A stretch of 64,000 nucleotides of DNA from Anaerolineae bacterium. GTDB lineage: Bacteria > Chloroflexota > Anaerolineae > Epilineales > Epilineaceae. The notes under the pieces are model-generated. The model had not been told where the DNA came from. It saw nothing but the letters and a program-made list of their open reading frames with translations, and did no database searches. The stretch spans positions 40-64,039 of the forward strand of contig DAOUCP010000113.1 of NCBI GenBank assembly GCA_034432155.1. Direction: 5' to 3'. The position numbers were made by a program, and so were the translations under genes. Below, piece after piece: positions 1-10,832 of the stretch (the first letter of the stretch is position 1; each line of letters opens with the position of its first letter).

Positions 1-8
1 CGCCCGTC

Positions 9-156
9 CCGCTCGTGGCGACGGCCGCCCAGCGGCCTATCCGCCGCCCTGCTCTTCGCCGCGGCCACACAGCGGCTTATCCGCCGCGCCGCTCGTAGCG
101 CTGGCCGCCCAGCGGCCTGGCCGCCGCCCTGCTCTTAGCCGCGGCCACACAGCGGC
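9..156. repeat. GC-rich tandem repeat, 80-bp period (two ~68-bp copies, 9-76 and 89-156) made of 40-bp subunits with GCGGC..GCCGC hairpins
   Basis: ccgctcgt(g/a)gcg...gcggccacacagcggc occurs at 9-76 and 89-156; the last unit overlaps the stop of the 135-1937 gene. Confidence 0.8.
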
Positions 157-1937
157 AGGTAGAGCCGCCACGACTCTGGCATCGCCGTCGTCTCCACGGT
201 GCCGGTCGCACCGGGCGTGGCACTCGGCTCGCCGGTCACCGTTGGGCTCGGCGTTGGACCGGGCTCCCGGGTCCCAGTGGCACTCGGTGAGGGGCTGGGT
301 GTGGCGGTCGCGCTGGCATCGTGCGGCAGCGTCGCCGTTGGCGTCCGGGTTGAGCTGGCCGACGGTGTGGCGCCAACGGTCATGGTGGGCGAAGGCGTGG
401 GTGACACCTCTGTCGGCGGCGCCACGTACTCGTCCGCACCCATGTCGTAACCGGCACCTGCGGGGCGAGGATCGCCGTCGATATCGCTCGTCACGCCGGC
501 CGGGATCCCGGCATCGCGCGCGGCGGACGCGAACTGGATGTGGAAGTTGTCACTGAACGGATCGACGAACGCCGGATCGCCCCACACATTGACCGTCCCC
601 ACGCCGACGGTACCGTCACCGTCGACATCCCTGCCGTTCGCCCAGTCGCCGCTGCCCCAGAGGGTGGCCTCGAGGATCGCACGGCTGCCGAGACTGATGG
701 TGATGCCCACGGGATGGGCCACCAGGATGGTGTTCGTGAGCGCCACGTGGGCTCCCTGGTCCAGCTGGAGACCGTAGGCCGATTGGTTGGCGGCGACGGT
801 GTTGTGCACAAGAACCGCTCCGCCGGAGCCACCGCCGCGGATCCGCACGGCGGGGGCGGCAATCCCCTCTTGGGTCGTCCGGTTGTTGGCGATGATGTTG
901 TTCGTGATGGTGAACGACTTGACATCTTGCAGGTGGAGCGCGGAAGTCCTGGCACAGCCGTTGTCCCGGATGACGTTGCCCTCGAACCGCAGATCGCCAC
1001 CGAAGAAGCCCAGTGCTCCGTAGTCGTTGGCTGCCATGCTCCCGTGAAAGGTATTGCCTGTGAGATGGGCCGTCGCATTCGCAATCTGGACAGCCCCGCT
1101 GTAGCCAGCAATCACATGACGCACGCTGCGCCCTGCCCCATTGTCCCGGAAGGCATTGCCGTCGAGAGTGAGCGGCGAACGCTCGGCAGGATCGCCGATG
1201 AACCACAAGCCAGCCGCGACCCAAGCATCGTTGTCCTCGAACAGGCTGCCGACCACCGTCGCCCGCCGCGTGCCGACGATCGCCAGCCCGCCGCCAGCAC
1301 AGGTACGGGCTGCCCAGACGGCATTGGCTCGAAACACGCAGCCCTCCACCTCCAGCTCCCCGCCGTCGATGTACGCCCCGCCTCCGTGGGCGATGGTGTC
1401 GGGAATGCTGTAGACATCGATCATGTTGCTGTCGAAGACCATGTCGCGTAGTACGACTTTCGCGTCCAGCGAGTGCAGACCAGCGCCATCGTCCGTAGCA
1501 ACGCCGTGGGCAATCGTGAAGCCATCGAGGGTCACGCTGCTCGGCCCACGGATTTTCACACCCCGCCTCGTGCTCTCGCCGTCGACTATGCTCGGGTACA
1601 GCTCGGCCCTGCGCACGACCGGGCCGGTGGGTTCCCCATTCCAGCCGCCAGCCACCACGAGGCTTCGGGTGATGACCATGACCGCCTCGCCCGTGCTGGT
1701 GTACACCCCCTGGGCCAGAATGATGGTGTCGCCGTCGGTCGCCTGGCCCACGGCGGTGCGCAGGTCGCAGGGCGCCGACTGGGAGCAATCGCCGCTGCCT
1801 CCGGGGATCACAAACAGCGAGGTCGCCTTCCCGGCCTGGAGCTCGGACTGGGCCGCGACAAGCGCCATCAAGGCCACAGCCGCCACGGCGCCCGAAGCCA
1901 CGCCCGAAGCGAGCAATCGGACTCTGCCAGCGTGCAT
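135..1937 (-). CDS. Secreted right-handed parallel beta-helix (pectin-lyase-like) repeat protein with choice-of-anchor-Q-like C-terminal segment, Pro/Thr linker and LYLPL tail
   Basis: AAGGAGG RBS before ATG 1937; signal peptide; repeated F-x-x-N-x-A / I-x-x-N rungs; DPAFVD...DFHI...DIDGDPRP...YDMGADE motif; PT-rich tail ending RLYLPLCGRG. Confidence 0.8.
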   Translation of the reverse strand: MHAGRVRLLASGVASGAVAAVALMALVAAQSELQAGKATSLFVIPGGSGDCSQSAPCDLRTAVGQATDGDTIILAQGVYTSTGEAVMVITRSLVVAGGWNGEPTGPVVRRAELYPSIVDGESTRRGVKIRGPSSVTLDGFTIAHGVATDDGAGLHSLDAKVVLRDMVFDSNMIDVYSIPDTIAHGGGAYIDGGELEVEGCVFRANAVWAARTCAGGGLAIVGTRRATVVGSLFEDNDAWVAAGLWFIGDPAERSPLTLDGNAFRDNGAGRSVRHVIAGYSGAVQIANATAHLTGNTFHGSMAANDYGALGFFGGDLRFEGNVIRDNGCARTSALHLQDVKSFTITNNIIANNRTTQEGIAAPAVRIRGGGSGGAVLVHNTVAANQSAYGLQLDQGAHVALTNTILVAHPVGITISLGSRAILEATLWGSGDWANGRDVDGDGTVGVGTVNVWGDPAFVDPFSDNFHIQFASAARDAGIPAGVTSDIDGDPRPAGAGYDMGADEYVAPPTEVSPTPSPTMTVGATPSASSTRTPTATLPHDASATATPSPSPSATGTREPGPTPSPTVTGEPSATPGATGTVETTAMPESWRLYLPLCGRG

Positions 1938-2062
1938 CGATGCCTCCTTAGGCTTCGGATACCGGCTAGAAGGCATCATAGCGGTGCCTGGTCGGTAGCG
2001 CAACGGGCCTGCGCCGGTGGTCGCTCACTGGAGCAATGGTCCCGAGCCATGGCCGCTTTGAG

Positions 2063-2195
2063 GCGCAACGGGCCCGCTGCCGTGGCTGCCGCAGCTCCCC
2101 GCGCCCGCTGCCGTGGCTGCCGGAGCGCCCCGCGCCCGCTGCCGTGGCCGCCGCAGCTCCCCGCGCCCGCTGCTGTGGCTGGCCGGAGGCGCACC
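2063..2195. repeat. Imperfect ~30-bp GC-rich tandem repeat (about 4 units of cccgctgccgtggctgccgcagctccccgcg)
   Basis: Units read directly; gcgcaacgggcc also recurs at 1998, 2063 and 2253; intergenic between divergent genes. Confidence 0.7.
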
Positions 2196-2582
2196 GATTG
2201 GCACTCGGGGCTGCCTCGCGGCGCAGCGGTTGGCCGGCGGGGCTGGCCGGCGGCGCAACGGGCCCGCGCCCCGTTGACGGCGGGGCTTTAACGCGTTCTT
2301 GATCCTCCGTGACGGCTGGCTTCTGAGAATGCCGGCCTTTTGCCGAGGTCATGTGCGCGATACATTCTCGAGTTCGCGTGCCAGCAACTTAGGCAGCTGT
2401 GACGAGAATTGGTCAGACGCGCCGACTGCGACCGACACGAAGGTCCATCGTGCCGTGTAGCTCACGCCCCCGCTTCTGCCGCCGCTGAGGGGACTTGACC
2501 CGCCACGTAGCTGACGCCCCGACGTCCGCAGCCTGCTGCGGACGACACGGTCGGTCGCCACTCTGGCCAAGTGCCGGTACAC

Positions 2583-3136
2583 TGTGGCGCGTGCTCCTCA
2601 ACCGCTCGTTCGTCGGCATCGGCATCTTCCGGGCTGCGACTGCCCTACCGGTTCTGCGCTGGCCGTTTTTCGGCGGGCTCACGGCGCTGCTGGGCGATCT
2701 CGGCGATCTTGTGCTCATGAACTACGTGTTCGTGGGCGGCCTGGGAGACTACCAGCGCTGCGACAAGCTCTGGGACCTGGCGTACATGCTGACCTTCCTG
2801 GTCGCTGCTTCCCGCTGGACTGGCCTGGAGCGGAGCATCGCGTTCGGGTTGTTCGGTCTACGGGCAACGGGCGTGGGAGCATTCCTGCTGGGCGCGCCGC
2901 GGCCAATGTTGCTCGCCTTGCCGAATCTCTTCGAGCCTTGGTTTCTCGCCGTCGCCGCCCGCGATCGATGGGCGCCGCACTGGGCTCTCACCAAGCATCG
3001 CGCCGCGGCGCTCTTGCTTCTTGTCGTCGCCCTCAAGGTGCCCCAGGAGTACCTGCTGCACCTCGATCGTCGACTCGACACCATGACGCTGCCTGAATTC
3101 CTGCAGCTCGTCGGCTCGTATCTGGGCCTGCGGTGA
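2583..3136 (+). CDS. Hypothetical integral membrane protein (start uncertain)
   Basis: Several hydrophobic helices; LPVLRWPF..D..DL, DK.WD..YMLTFL, PN.FE.WF and K..QEY.LH segments look like a conserved family; GC-rich codon usage. Confidence 0.65.
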
Positions 3137-3284
3137 CTCGCCGCTCGGACCGACGAGCCTGAATCATCTTCCCTCGGGCACGTGCCGGGGCTTCACGGCC
3201 ATGCCTCGCCGCGCCACGGTGGGCGGCCACCGGCCAGGGCCTTTGCGCACGGGGCGAGCAGCCAGCCACCCCCACGGCCCGTCG

Positions 3285-3840
3285 TCAGGACGCACCAGGA
3301 CCTTTGCCCAGGCGGAGAACATCCGACACGTTCCGTAGCTGGCGGTAGGCATCGACGACGGCTCGAACGGATTGCGGCCAGAGGGCGTCCACGGCGCGCA
3401 AGAACAGATGGCAGGCGAAGTGCCCAGGGTCCGCCCACGGTGCTGCCTCATGCAGCCACTCGATGATCGACAACCTGCTTCGCCGGCCTACCAGGTGGTT
3501 GGGCACGAGTCACAACAGCGCGCGCTCGAAGCGGAAGCCGGGCTCGCACGGGTCCAGCCATGGCGGCAGTCCCAGCTCCTCCCGCAGCGCTCAGGCGGCC
3601 AGGATTCGCCCTAGGGCTTCGCGGACAGCACACCCGCGCCGCCCTCGACCAGCTTCCGCTGCATCTCGGGCGACACAAAGCGACTCAAGCTGACGATGAG
3701 TGCATCGATCTGCTCTTCGGACAGATGATCGACGTTGCCCAACGAGCCGAGGACGATGCGTCGGGGACTGCCACCACGAACGCGCTCGGAGCGACAGATC
3801 TGGAGATAGCGAACCTCCCCGTGGCGAGGTAGGCGAACAT
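3285..3840 (-). mobile_element. IS1634-family transposase remnant (frameshifts, in-frame stops, catalytic core apparently deleted)
   Basis: Stitched frames give YLQICRSERVRGGSPRRIVLGSLGNVDHL..QIDALIVSLSRF, then GRILAA*ALREELGL..FRFERALL*LVPNHL..SRLSIIEWL..HLFLRAVDAL, matching the IS1634 N-terminal pattern, then AYRQL. Confidence 0.65.
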
Positions 3841-3939
3841 CGTGCCTACGGTATGCCGCAGCCGAAATGCCAATACAAGCGCCTTGGCAACCATGCAGTT
3901 CTGGAATAGAGAGCACGACCTGTCCCAAGATCTCATGCG

Positions 3940-4667
3940 CTACATGTCTGCGCTGCCCCTGGCCGCAAGAAAGCCGCCAACTGGGGCTCTCGGTGTCCAG
4001 CACGGCCCAATACCGCTTCTGACCGCAAGACTTGAGCTCGTGTTCGCGAGCGTCACGAGCAGCGGCTGCAGGCACCACTCGCGGGTGTGCGCGAAGTCGG
4101 CAGCTTCGTTCTCGCGGGCGCAAAACGCCGCGCTGTGCGAATCCACATGGATGAACCCCGCGGCGCCGAGGTGCGCTCGTCGCCGGCGTCGGATGGCTGA
4201 CCACACGCCCTCTGAGACATTGTCGACCACGCTTCCTCAGGCTTCGTCCGTGTGCCCGAAGCGCATACCGGGTCGAAGCGTCGCAAGACGTCGCTCGAGG
4301 TTGTGGGAAGGGGACCGCTTGCGTGCCAAGCATCCGAGGGATGCTCGGATCGTGTTCGAGATGGGTCTGATCCTCCATGCACGTGCCGCCGGCGTACACG
4401 TTCAGCACCTGGGTCGGGAAGAGCTTCCGGTCGCTTATCCAAGGTTCGCGCTTCCGTCAGCGGCGGTGCCGCTGGATTCATTGGTAAACACGTAGATAGT
4501 TCGCGAAGGACTGGGGCGCGCTTGCCAGCCGTCGGTCGGCGACGATCGCATCCGGCAGGGTAGGCCCCAGCGGCAAGGAGCAGAAGGGGTCCTGCGAAGC
4601 TGCCGGCGAGCTGGACCTGAATCAACGCATACTCTGTCCGGATCAGCTTGCGGGGGCGTCCGATCAT
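3940..4667 (-). mobile_element. IS1380-family transposase remnant (frameshifted)
   Basis: Stitched frames give VLNVYAGGTCMEDQ..L.HDP....LG...VP.PTT.SD.LRRFD and FIHVDS.......ADFAHTREWCLQPLLVTLANT....VRSG, matching IS1380 DDE N-terminal motifs. Confidence 0.65.
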
Positions 4668-4839
4668 CTGCGTGGGGCGTCAGGAGCAGCTGCAGCTTGA
4701 ATACTGATCCAGCGTCGGTGGCGCCGCTGGCCGCGAGCGCTTGGTGAGGGGTTCGAGGACGGTCCGGCCGCGCGGAAAGGCGCTGGCGAGCGGCGCCGCC
4801 GGGGGTCTCTCTGGTGCTCGCTCGCTGCACCAGCTCAGC

Positions 4840-5310
4840 TCACCCCACGCCCGCATACATCGCAAGGCCCATGGATCCAAGCAGCAGAATCGCAGTGGCC
4901 ACAGTGACAAGCCACAACCTTCGATTCATGCGAAACATCGGAATACCCATCAGAACGATCGAGCCAAAGAAGAGCACAAGATAAGGGACGAGAATGTCGT
5001 AGCGCATTGGAGACCGAAACTCGATCTGCAGAATGTCCTCTACAACGATCATGAACGCCACGAATGCGAGGAACATCGCCGGACCGATCCACTGTCGCCA
5101 GCCAGCGCGTGCGCGCACGAAGGCGACCATGGTCAGAGCTGCTGGGACGGCAAGCGCGATCACACCATAACCAAGAAGTTGATTGATCGCGCGGTCCCCG
5201 GTTAGCACCCGTGACAAGAACCCGGCCGACTGCAGCACATTGACCGCATTCACCACCCCCCACACGGTGAGCGCTGCCCACCACAGATTCCCACGCTTCG
5301 GAACATCCAT
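4840..5310 (-). CDS. Hypothetical membrane protein, about 5 TM helices, 156 aa
   Basis: GGAGG RBS before ATG 5310; alternating hydrophobic segments. Confidence 0.75.
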   Translation of the reverse strand: MDVPKRGNLWWAALTVWGVVNAVNVLQSAGFLSRVLTGDRAINQLLGYGVIALAVPAALTMVAFVRARAGWRQWIGPAMFLAFVAFMIVVEDILQIEFRSPMRYDILVPYLVLFFGSIVLMGIPMFRMNRRLWLVTVATAILLLGSMGLAMYAGVG

Positions 5311-5444
5311 ACGGTACCTCCCGACGGGCGCCGAGGCCCACACCGCTTCCTTGGGAGCGCCCCCTGCCCTACATTGCGCTCTTGCGCCGCCCCGACCCAG
5401 CGAAGCAGTCGGCTGCAAATGCCTGCCACCCGCGCGGCCGCAGT

Positions 5445-7215
5445 TCACCCTTCCATTCCCAGAATGCCAAGAATCTCTCCCGGTTGATGTGCCACCGCCC
5501 ACCGCCAGTGCCCAAAGCCGCCCTGCGCGTTCACGGCCTGTATCCACTCGTCCAGGTAGCGGCGCTTGGACTGGTCTTGCTGGGTATCCTTTCCCTTTGT
5601 TTCCAGGATCAGCATGTCGCCGTTGACGAGACGAGCCAAGAAATCACCCCGATACTTATGAACGATGCCATGGTGAAGATAGGAAATCTCGAAGCCAAGA
5701 TGGTCGTTTTTCACCCAGGCGGCCACCACCGGGCTTTCGTCCAGGACAAAGGCATCAGACGCCTCCCAAGTGCTGTCGTACACGCAGACATTGATGTGCG
5801 ACTTGTCCGTCCGCTCGCAGGGCTTGCCCGTGTACCAGGGCCGCATTTCACCGGTAGACCGGATGGGATGGTCGCGGTCAAAGACCGGCTCGAGGCGCTC
5901 CGTGTTCTCGCGACGCACCGCATGAAATACATGCTGGACGACCCGCGACATGTTGAGGGTGATGATCAGGCGACGGCGCAACGCATCCTGGGCGAAGAGC
6001 GGCGGGTTCACGCGGATGCGGTCCGAGGCGATGAACTGCTCGACGATGCGCACCAGCTGTGCCAGCAGCACCTCGGAGCTGCCCTGGCAGCCTTGTTTCA
6101 TCTGGTCGAAGACATCCCGCGCCGTCTCGAAGATGATGCGCTGGGTGCGGAACTCGTGCGCCAGACGTTCTAGTTCGATGCGGCTCACTTGAGTCACATC
6201 TGGCTTGCCTTCGAGCACCGGTGCGAGCTCCGCCACCTGAGCCGTCTGGGCGGCATCCAGCTCCAGAGGCGGAACGTTCGCCCATTCCATGCGGAGGAGC
6301 GGCTGAACGAGGTGTTCGATACGCACAACATTCGGCCACCGAATCGCAAAGCGCGCTTTGGCGGGATCCGGCGCAACGAGCGTCTTTGGCACTGCCGGGG
6401 GCGGTGGGCCACCGTCGGTATTCTCGTGCGGCAGGAAGGTGAACGGTACGCCAAAGATGTTCACGTATTCTGGCTCGAACAGGCCCGTTGCGGGATTGAC
6501 CTCATAGCAGGTGCGTCGCAAGCCGCGCCCAACTACCTGCTCACATAGCAACTGACTGGTGAAGGCCCGCAGTCCCGTGATGTGGGTGACGGTCTTGGCG
6601 TCCCGCCCTCGGAGAGCATCCCCACCGAGATGACATTCTGCATCTTTCCGCCAGGCTGGCCCGGTTTGCCGACGGTGTCTACCATGGTGCGGAGCAGTTC
6701 CGCTTGTTGGGTTTTGGTCAACTTCTGTTCGAGTGCCACTTCTTGGTCCGCTTCTGCTTCGTCTTCGTCCGGCCGGTGGCCATCCTGCAGCACTGGCGGA
6801 CGAACGCGCCGCCGTCGCTGGGGATCTCAATGCCGGTCCGCTCAGCGGATGGAGCCTCAGTGAGCCAGATGAGGGTTTCCACCGCTTCGAGCTGGCAGAA
6901 GAAGAAGCGGCGCCGGTCGAAATCCTCGGGGTCTTGCCAGTGCTCCAGCAGCCGTTTGGTTATGCTGGTCTCGCCCGGATAGCCAGCCTCGCGCCACCGC
7001 TTGACGCGCGCACGAATCTGATTGACCAGAGGAATCTCGACGAAGATGCCCGGATCATCGAAGGCTTGCGAACTCTCGGAGGCCACCACGTAGCCGGCCG
7101 GGCGGCGTCCCTCGACTAACTCAAACAGCCGCGTCGTCCGGTCGTAGCGCCAGTAGCGTCTCGGTTCTTCGTAGGGCGAGTTGACGATCAGACGGTCAAT
7201 GGTGGCGGTCGGCAT
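5445..7215 (-). pseudogene. res: Type III restriction endonuclease Res subunit (BPTD_3080-like), large internal deletion plus frameshift
   Basis: N-terminus LIVNSPYEEP..GRRPAGY..FFFCQLEAVET..MATG joins directly at ~6771, out of frame, to the EDEAE..KLTK.QQAELL..DTVGKPG..QNVISVGMLSEG segment; 1-nt loss in EG(W)DAKTVTHI at ~6604; C-terminal PD-(D/E)xK domain (Y.GDF..ILETKG) intact. Confidence 0.88.
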
Positions 7216-7558
7216 TACCGGTCTCCCCAGGGATAACCTGCTGCAGTTCCACAATAAGCGGCGGCAGGCCCTCCTGCACGGTCTTCCACAGGATATCAAG
7301 GTTTATGTCGAAATAGGCATGGACAAGGCGATGTCGCATGCCAACAATCTTTTCCCAAGGTATATTGGGCACTTCTGCTCTGGCGTCCAGACTCAGTTGA
7401 TACGCGGCCTCGCCGATAATCTCGATGGCCTTCACCAATGCCCACACGAGCTGCCGATCGTGGTCGAGATCGCTTCGGCTGCGATCGCGGATGAAGCCTA
7501 CCGCCTCGCGCGCGGCATCCAGCATATGCCTCATGCGTATGAGGTCATCCCGCTTCAT
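7196..7558 (-). CDS. hepT: HepT-like (DUF86/HEPN) ribonuclease toxin
   Basis: IEIIGEAA and RX4H motif MRHRLVH followed by AYFD; coupled to the upstream nucleotidyltransferase. Confidence 0.9.
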   Translation of the reverse strand: MKRDDLIRMRHMLDAAREAVGFIRDRSRSDLDHDRQLVWALVKAIEIIGEAAYQLSLDARAEVPNIPWEKIVGMRHRLVHAYFDINLDILWKTVQEGLPPLIVELQQVIPGETGNADRHH

Positions 7559-7847
7559 ACTGGACCTCAGCTTCTGCCAAAACATGCTCTCGAAAATAGC
7601 GACTGAGGTCCTCAGGCGTGCGCAGGTCAACCTTACGACCTCCCAACAGCGCCGAAAGTTCCTGCTCCATGCTCACTATGTCAAAGAGGGTAGGGATACG
7701 ATCCGGAGCGAACTCGACCAGAATATCCACATCACTGTCGGCTCCGAAGTCGTCCCGCAACGCTGAGCCAAAGACCGCCAGACGACGGATGCCATGTTTA
7801 TGGCAGAAATGGGCCAAACGATCGCGGTGCATACTATTGCACTTCAT
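7545..7847 (-). CDS. mntA: MntA-type minimal nucleotidyltransferase antitoxin
   Basis: [21 protein letters not shown] (GSX10DXD motif); 100 aa; overlaps hepT start. Confidence 0.9.
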   Translation of the reverse strand: MKCNSMHRDRLAHFCHKHGIRRLAVFGSALRDDFGADSDVDILVEFAPDRIPTLFDIVSMEQELSALLGGRKVDLRTPEDLSRYFREHVLAEAEVQYEAG

Positions 7848-7849
7848 AA

Positions 7850-10735
7850 TTAGAGCTCCATCACCTTTAGACTCTCGATGCCACGGTCGTCGACTATCTT
7901 GACCGCGATTCTGCGATGATTACCCGCAGCGAAGGGCAGGGAGACGGTGCCTCGGTACGCCTCGATGAGGTCTTCGTCAATCTCGGCCTTCAGCGCGCAG
8001 GCCAGTTTGGCCCAGCCCTCGTTCTGCCCGGCCATCGGGAAGAAGACCTGACGGGGGAAAAGACTGCGGCCGTCGTAGTCGGTGTCCAGCAGCCACAGGG
8101 CAATCTTGTCCTTTCCACCGGACTCGACACCGCCGGTTTTGGTGTTGTAGTAGTCGAAACCGTGCACCTCGACTACGAAATAACCGTCTTCGCTCTGGCG
8201 CAGTTCCACATCCGGCTGACCGATGAGCCAGAAGGACTCGTTGCTGGCACGCTTCTTCCTCAGGTCATTTGTCAAGAGGTCGGCGCTCATCTGCACCTTG
8301 AGCAGCGTCACGCCCGGGCAGTTCGTCTCGTCAATGTCCTTTGCCGCCTCCGGGTCGAACTGGAATGCGGCGAACACAACCAGTTTTGGCCTTGGAACCA
8401 GCGTTTGGGCTTCCTGAATGGCCTGCTCGACCTGGCGCTGCTCGAGCAAAGCGTGTTCCGGACCGAAGGAGACGACGACACGCAGGGCGTCGTAGGCAGG
8501 CGCCTCTTCCCGCACCGAATCGGCGCCCTCGGGGCTCGGACGAGTTTCTCCGTCAGCATGCAGCCAACGGCAGCCGGCCAGAGGTTCCAGGCGGCTAGAG
8601 CGGATGTACTGCCCCCCCTTGCCGCGGATGCCGGTCTTCAACAGTTCGTCGCGCCATTCCGCTTGGCGCAGCGTCTCGCCAGACCGGGCGACCGAAAGGT
8701 CGGCGCCGTCACTCCCACGCCCTCGCCCAGTCGGAGGCGGGACTAAGTCCTGTACGGATTTCACCACCGGCGCCGGTACGGCCTCCACGGTGAACGGCCC
8801 GGTTACGCGCACGCGCTTGCGGTCCACGAAGGGCTGGTCGTAAAGTGTCTCCTGGCCAGCGTGGCGAGCAATAGCGTCGTCCATTGCTTTCTGCATCTTG
8901 TGGCGCGCCTCGTGAAAGCGCTCAAACGGCTCGCGCGCTTCTTCGGGCCAATCCGCGGGGAACTCGAATGGCACTTCCCACTCCAGCAACGCATTGACCG
9001 ACACCGCCTGGCCGCTCGGCATCGAAATGGTCTCGTAATCGGGCGCGGCAAAGTCCACCACGAGACCGGCTCGCCCTCCGGTGGCAACCCTGAATGGAAC
9101 AGTCTTGCCCTTCAGGGCGGCGTTGAGCTGCCTCAGGGCCTGCTCCACGGCCGGATGCATACGCGCGTAGATGCCGTCGATCTCCGCGTTGTTGGCGATC
9201 GACTTCAGCGTGACATGCGGCACGGTCCTGTAAACGAAGCCCGAGCCGACGCCTTCCTCGGGATGCGCCAGTTCGTAGTAGTCGAAGACAGCGGTCATCA
9301 GGCGCTGACGGGCAAGCGTGATAGCCACACGCGAGGTGTCGCAAGTAATCCAACGCCGACCCCATTGCTCCGCCACGTACGCGGTCGTGCCGCTGCCGCA
9401 GGTGGGGTCGAAAACAGGTCGCCCGGGGTCAGTGGTCATGTGAAGGCAGCGTTCGAGCACCTTTTCTGAAGTCTGAACCACGAATATCAGATTAGCTACC
9501 GCGCTGGTGTCATTCCAAAGATTGTCAATCTTTTGCATAGGAAAGTCATCATAGTATTGCTTGTATCTTGGGATGCCGCCAGTATCGTATAGTCTACCGG
9601 CACTAACAAGGCGTTGCATTCCTTTCTTATGCGTTCTCCAGCTTTTCCTCTGTGGTGCAACAATCCTGCCAGAGAAGAGAAAGTCATAGCTGCATGACTC
9701 TGTGTAACCAGAAGAGTTCAGGTCCCTGAAAGCCAACCTTCTTGTTTGTTGACTTCTGCACAGCTCAGGTGATAACGCACGAACTGCTCTTACTTGTCCA
9801 TTGGGTAACTCGGTGAATGCAAACCATGATTCATCAAGGTGCTTCGCAGCGTAGAGTTGTCTATACTTCAAAAGTTGCTTGTTTTTCGCATACCACACGA
9901 GGATATCATGAACTCTGGGCAACTCTCCGAAACCAAGAGCTGACGACTTGCGGAACGATATCTGTCTTACAAGATTATCCGCTCCAAACACCTCATCCGT
10001 CAGCTCGCGCACGTGGTGGACATTTTCCTCGCTGATTTGCACGAAGATACTGCCACTCTCGGTCAGGAGTTCGCGGGCCAGCAACAGGCGGTCGCGCAGG
10101 TGGGTCAAATAGGAGTGGCTGCCCAGTTCCCAGGTGTCGCGGAAGGCCAGGATCTGCTCCGGCTCGGCGGTCAAGTCTTCGTCGTTGCCGTCCTTCACGT
10201 CGCGCTTGGTCACAAAGGGCTGGAAGTTGGAGCCGTACCTGATGCCGTAGGGTGGGTCGATGTAGACCATTTGCACCTTGCCGGCTAGGCCCTCCTTCTC
10301 CAGCAGGGAGTTCATCACCAGCAGGCTGTCGCCAGCGATCAGCCTGTTCGACCAGCCGTGCGCGTGCCGATAGAACTCGATGGCTTCGCGGAGCGGCTCG
10401 TCGCGCTGCGCCGCGAAGAGTGAGAGTTGCACCGCGGAGGCCCCGCCCTCACCGCGCCGGCGCACCGCCTCAATGATCGTGCGTGGCTCGATGCGCTCAT
10501 GCACGTGCAGGCAGACAGTTGGCACCTCGAAGGAAGTGTGTTCGCCCTTGCCCGCCCAGATCAGCTCCGGGGCCAGGTGCGGGTCGTAGGCGTAGGTCTT
10601 CCTATGCTGGCCGGCCTCCGGGTCCGTTGCCTGGCTCACCAGCCCCACAGGAGGATTGTTGACACGCTGCTTGTCCCGATGCTCGTAGGCGTCAATCGGG
10701 CGATCGGATTCACTTCTCTCGTTTCGTCCCATCAA
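7850..10735 (-). CDS. mod: Type III R-M system N6-adenine DNA methyltransferase (Mod)
   Basis: DPPY (motif IV) and [10 protein letters not shown] (motif I) in beta-class order with TRD between them; 961 aa uninterrupted; upstream of res. Confidence 0.92.
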   Translation of the reverse strand: MMGRNERSESDRPIDAYEHRDKQRVNNPPVGLVSQATDPEAGQHRKTYAYDPHLAPELIWAGKGEHTSFEVPTVCLHVHERIEPRTIIEAVRRRGEGGASAVQLSLFAAQRDEPLREAIEFYRHAHGWSNRLIAGDSLLVMNSLLEKEGLAGKVQMVYIDPPYGIRYGSNFQPFVTKRDVKDGNDEDLTAEPEQILAFRDTWELGSHSYLTHLRDRLLLARELLTESGSIFVQISEENVHHVRELTDEVFGADNLVRQISFRKSSALGFGELPRVHDILVWYAKNKQLLKYRQLYAAKHLDESWFAFTELPNGQVRAVRALSPELCRSQQTRRLAFRDLNSSGYTESCSYDFLFSGRIVAPQRKSWRTHKKGMQRLVSAGRLYDTGGIPRYKQYYDDFPMQKIDNLWNDTSAVANLIFVVQTSEKVLERCLHMTTDPGRPVFDPTCGSGTTAYVAEQWGRRWITCDTSRVAITLARQRLMTAVFDYYELAHPEEGVGSGFVYRTVPHVTLKSIANNAEIDGIYARMHPAVEQALRQLNAALKGKTVPFRVATGGRAGLVVDFAAPDYETISMPSGQAVSVNALLEWEVPFEFPADWPEEAREPFERFHEARHKMQKAMDDAIARHAGQETLYDQPFVDRKRVRVTGPFTVEAVPAPVVKSVQDLVPPPTGRGRGSDGADLSVARSGETLRQAEWRDELLKTGIRGKGGQYIRSSRLEPLAGCRWLHADGETRPSPEGADSVREEAPAYDALRVVVSFGPEHALLEQRQVEQAIQEAQTLVPRPKLVVFAAFQFDPEAAKDIDETNCPGVTLLKVQMSADLLTNDLRKKRASNESFWLIGQPDVELRQSEDGYFVVEVHGFDYYNTKTGGVESGGKDKIALWLLDTDYDGRSLFPRQVFFPMAGQNEGWAKLACALKAEIDEDLIEAYRGTVSLPFAAGNHRRIAVKIVDDRGIESLKVMEL

Positions 10736-10832
10736 GTTCTCCTGTCCGCGTCTCCCCGTCCCTACCGCAGCCCGCCGATTTGCCAGTCAGCTGCCGGCCG
10801 CAAGCCGAACGACAGAAGCGCACTGCGCCCGT

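Noticed and set aside
2300-3300. attL/attR duplicate of the tRNA-Leu 3' end at the island's left border
   Set aside because: Only a short partial match (ggtgggcggc near 3218) was seen; not significant in GC-rich DNA. No integrase was found.
3611-4408. 265-aa ORF as a real gene
   Set aside because: It is a chance read-through joining IS1380 and IS1634 remnant segments, with non-protein-like sequence between them.
7850-10735. Phase-variable simple sequence repeat in mod
   Set aside because: No tetranucleotide/pentanucleotide tract or long homopolymer was seen in the 5' region.
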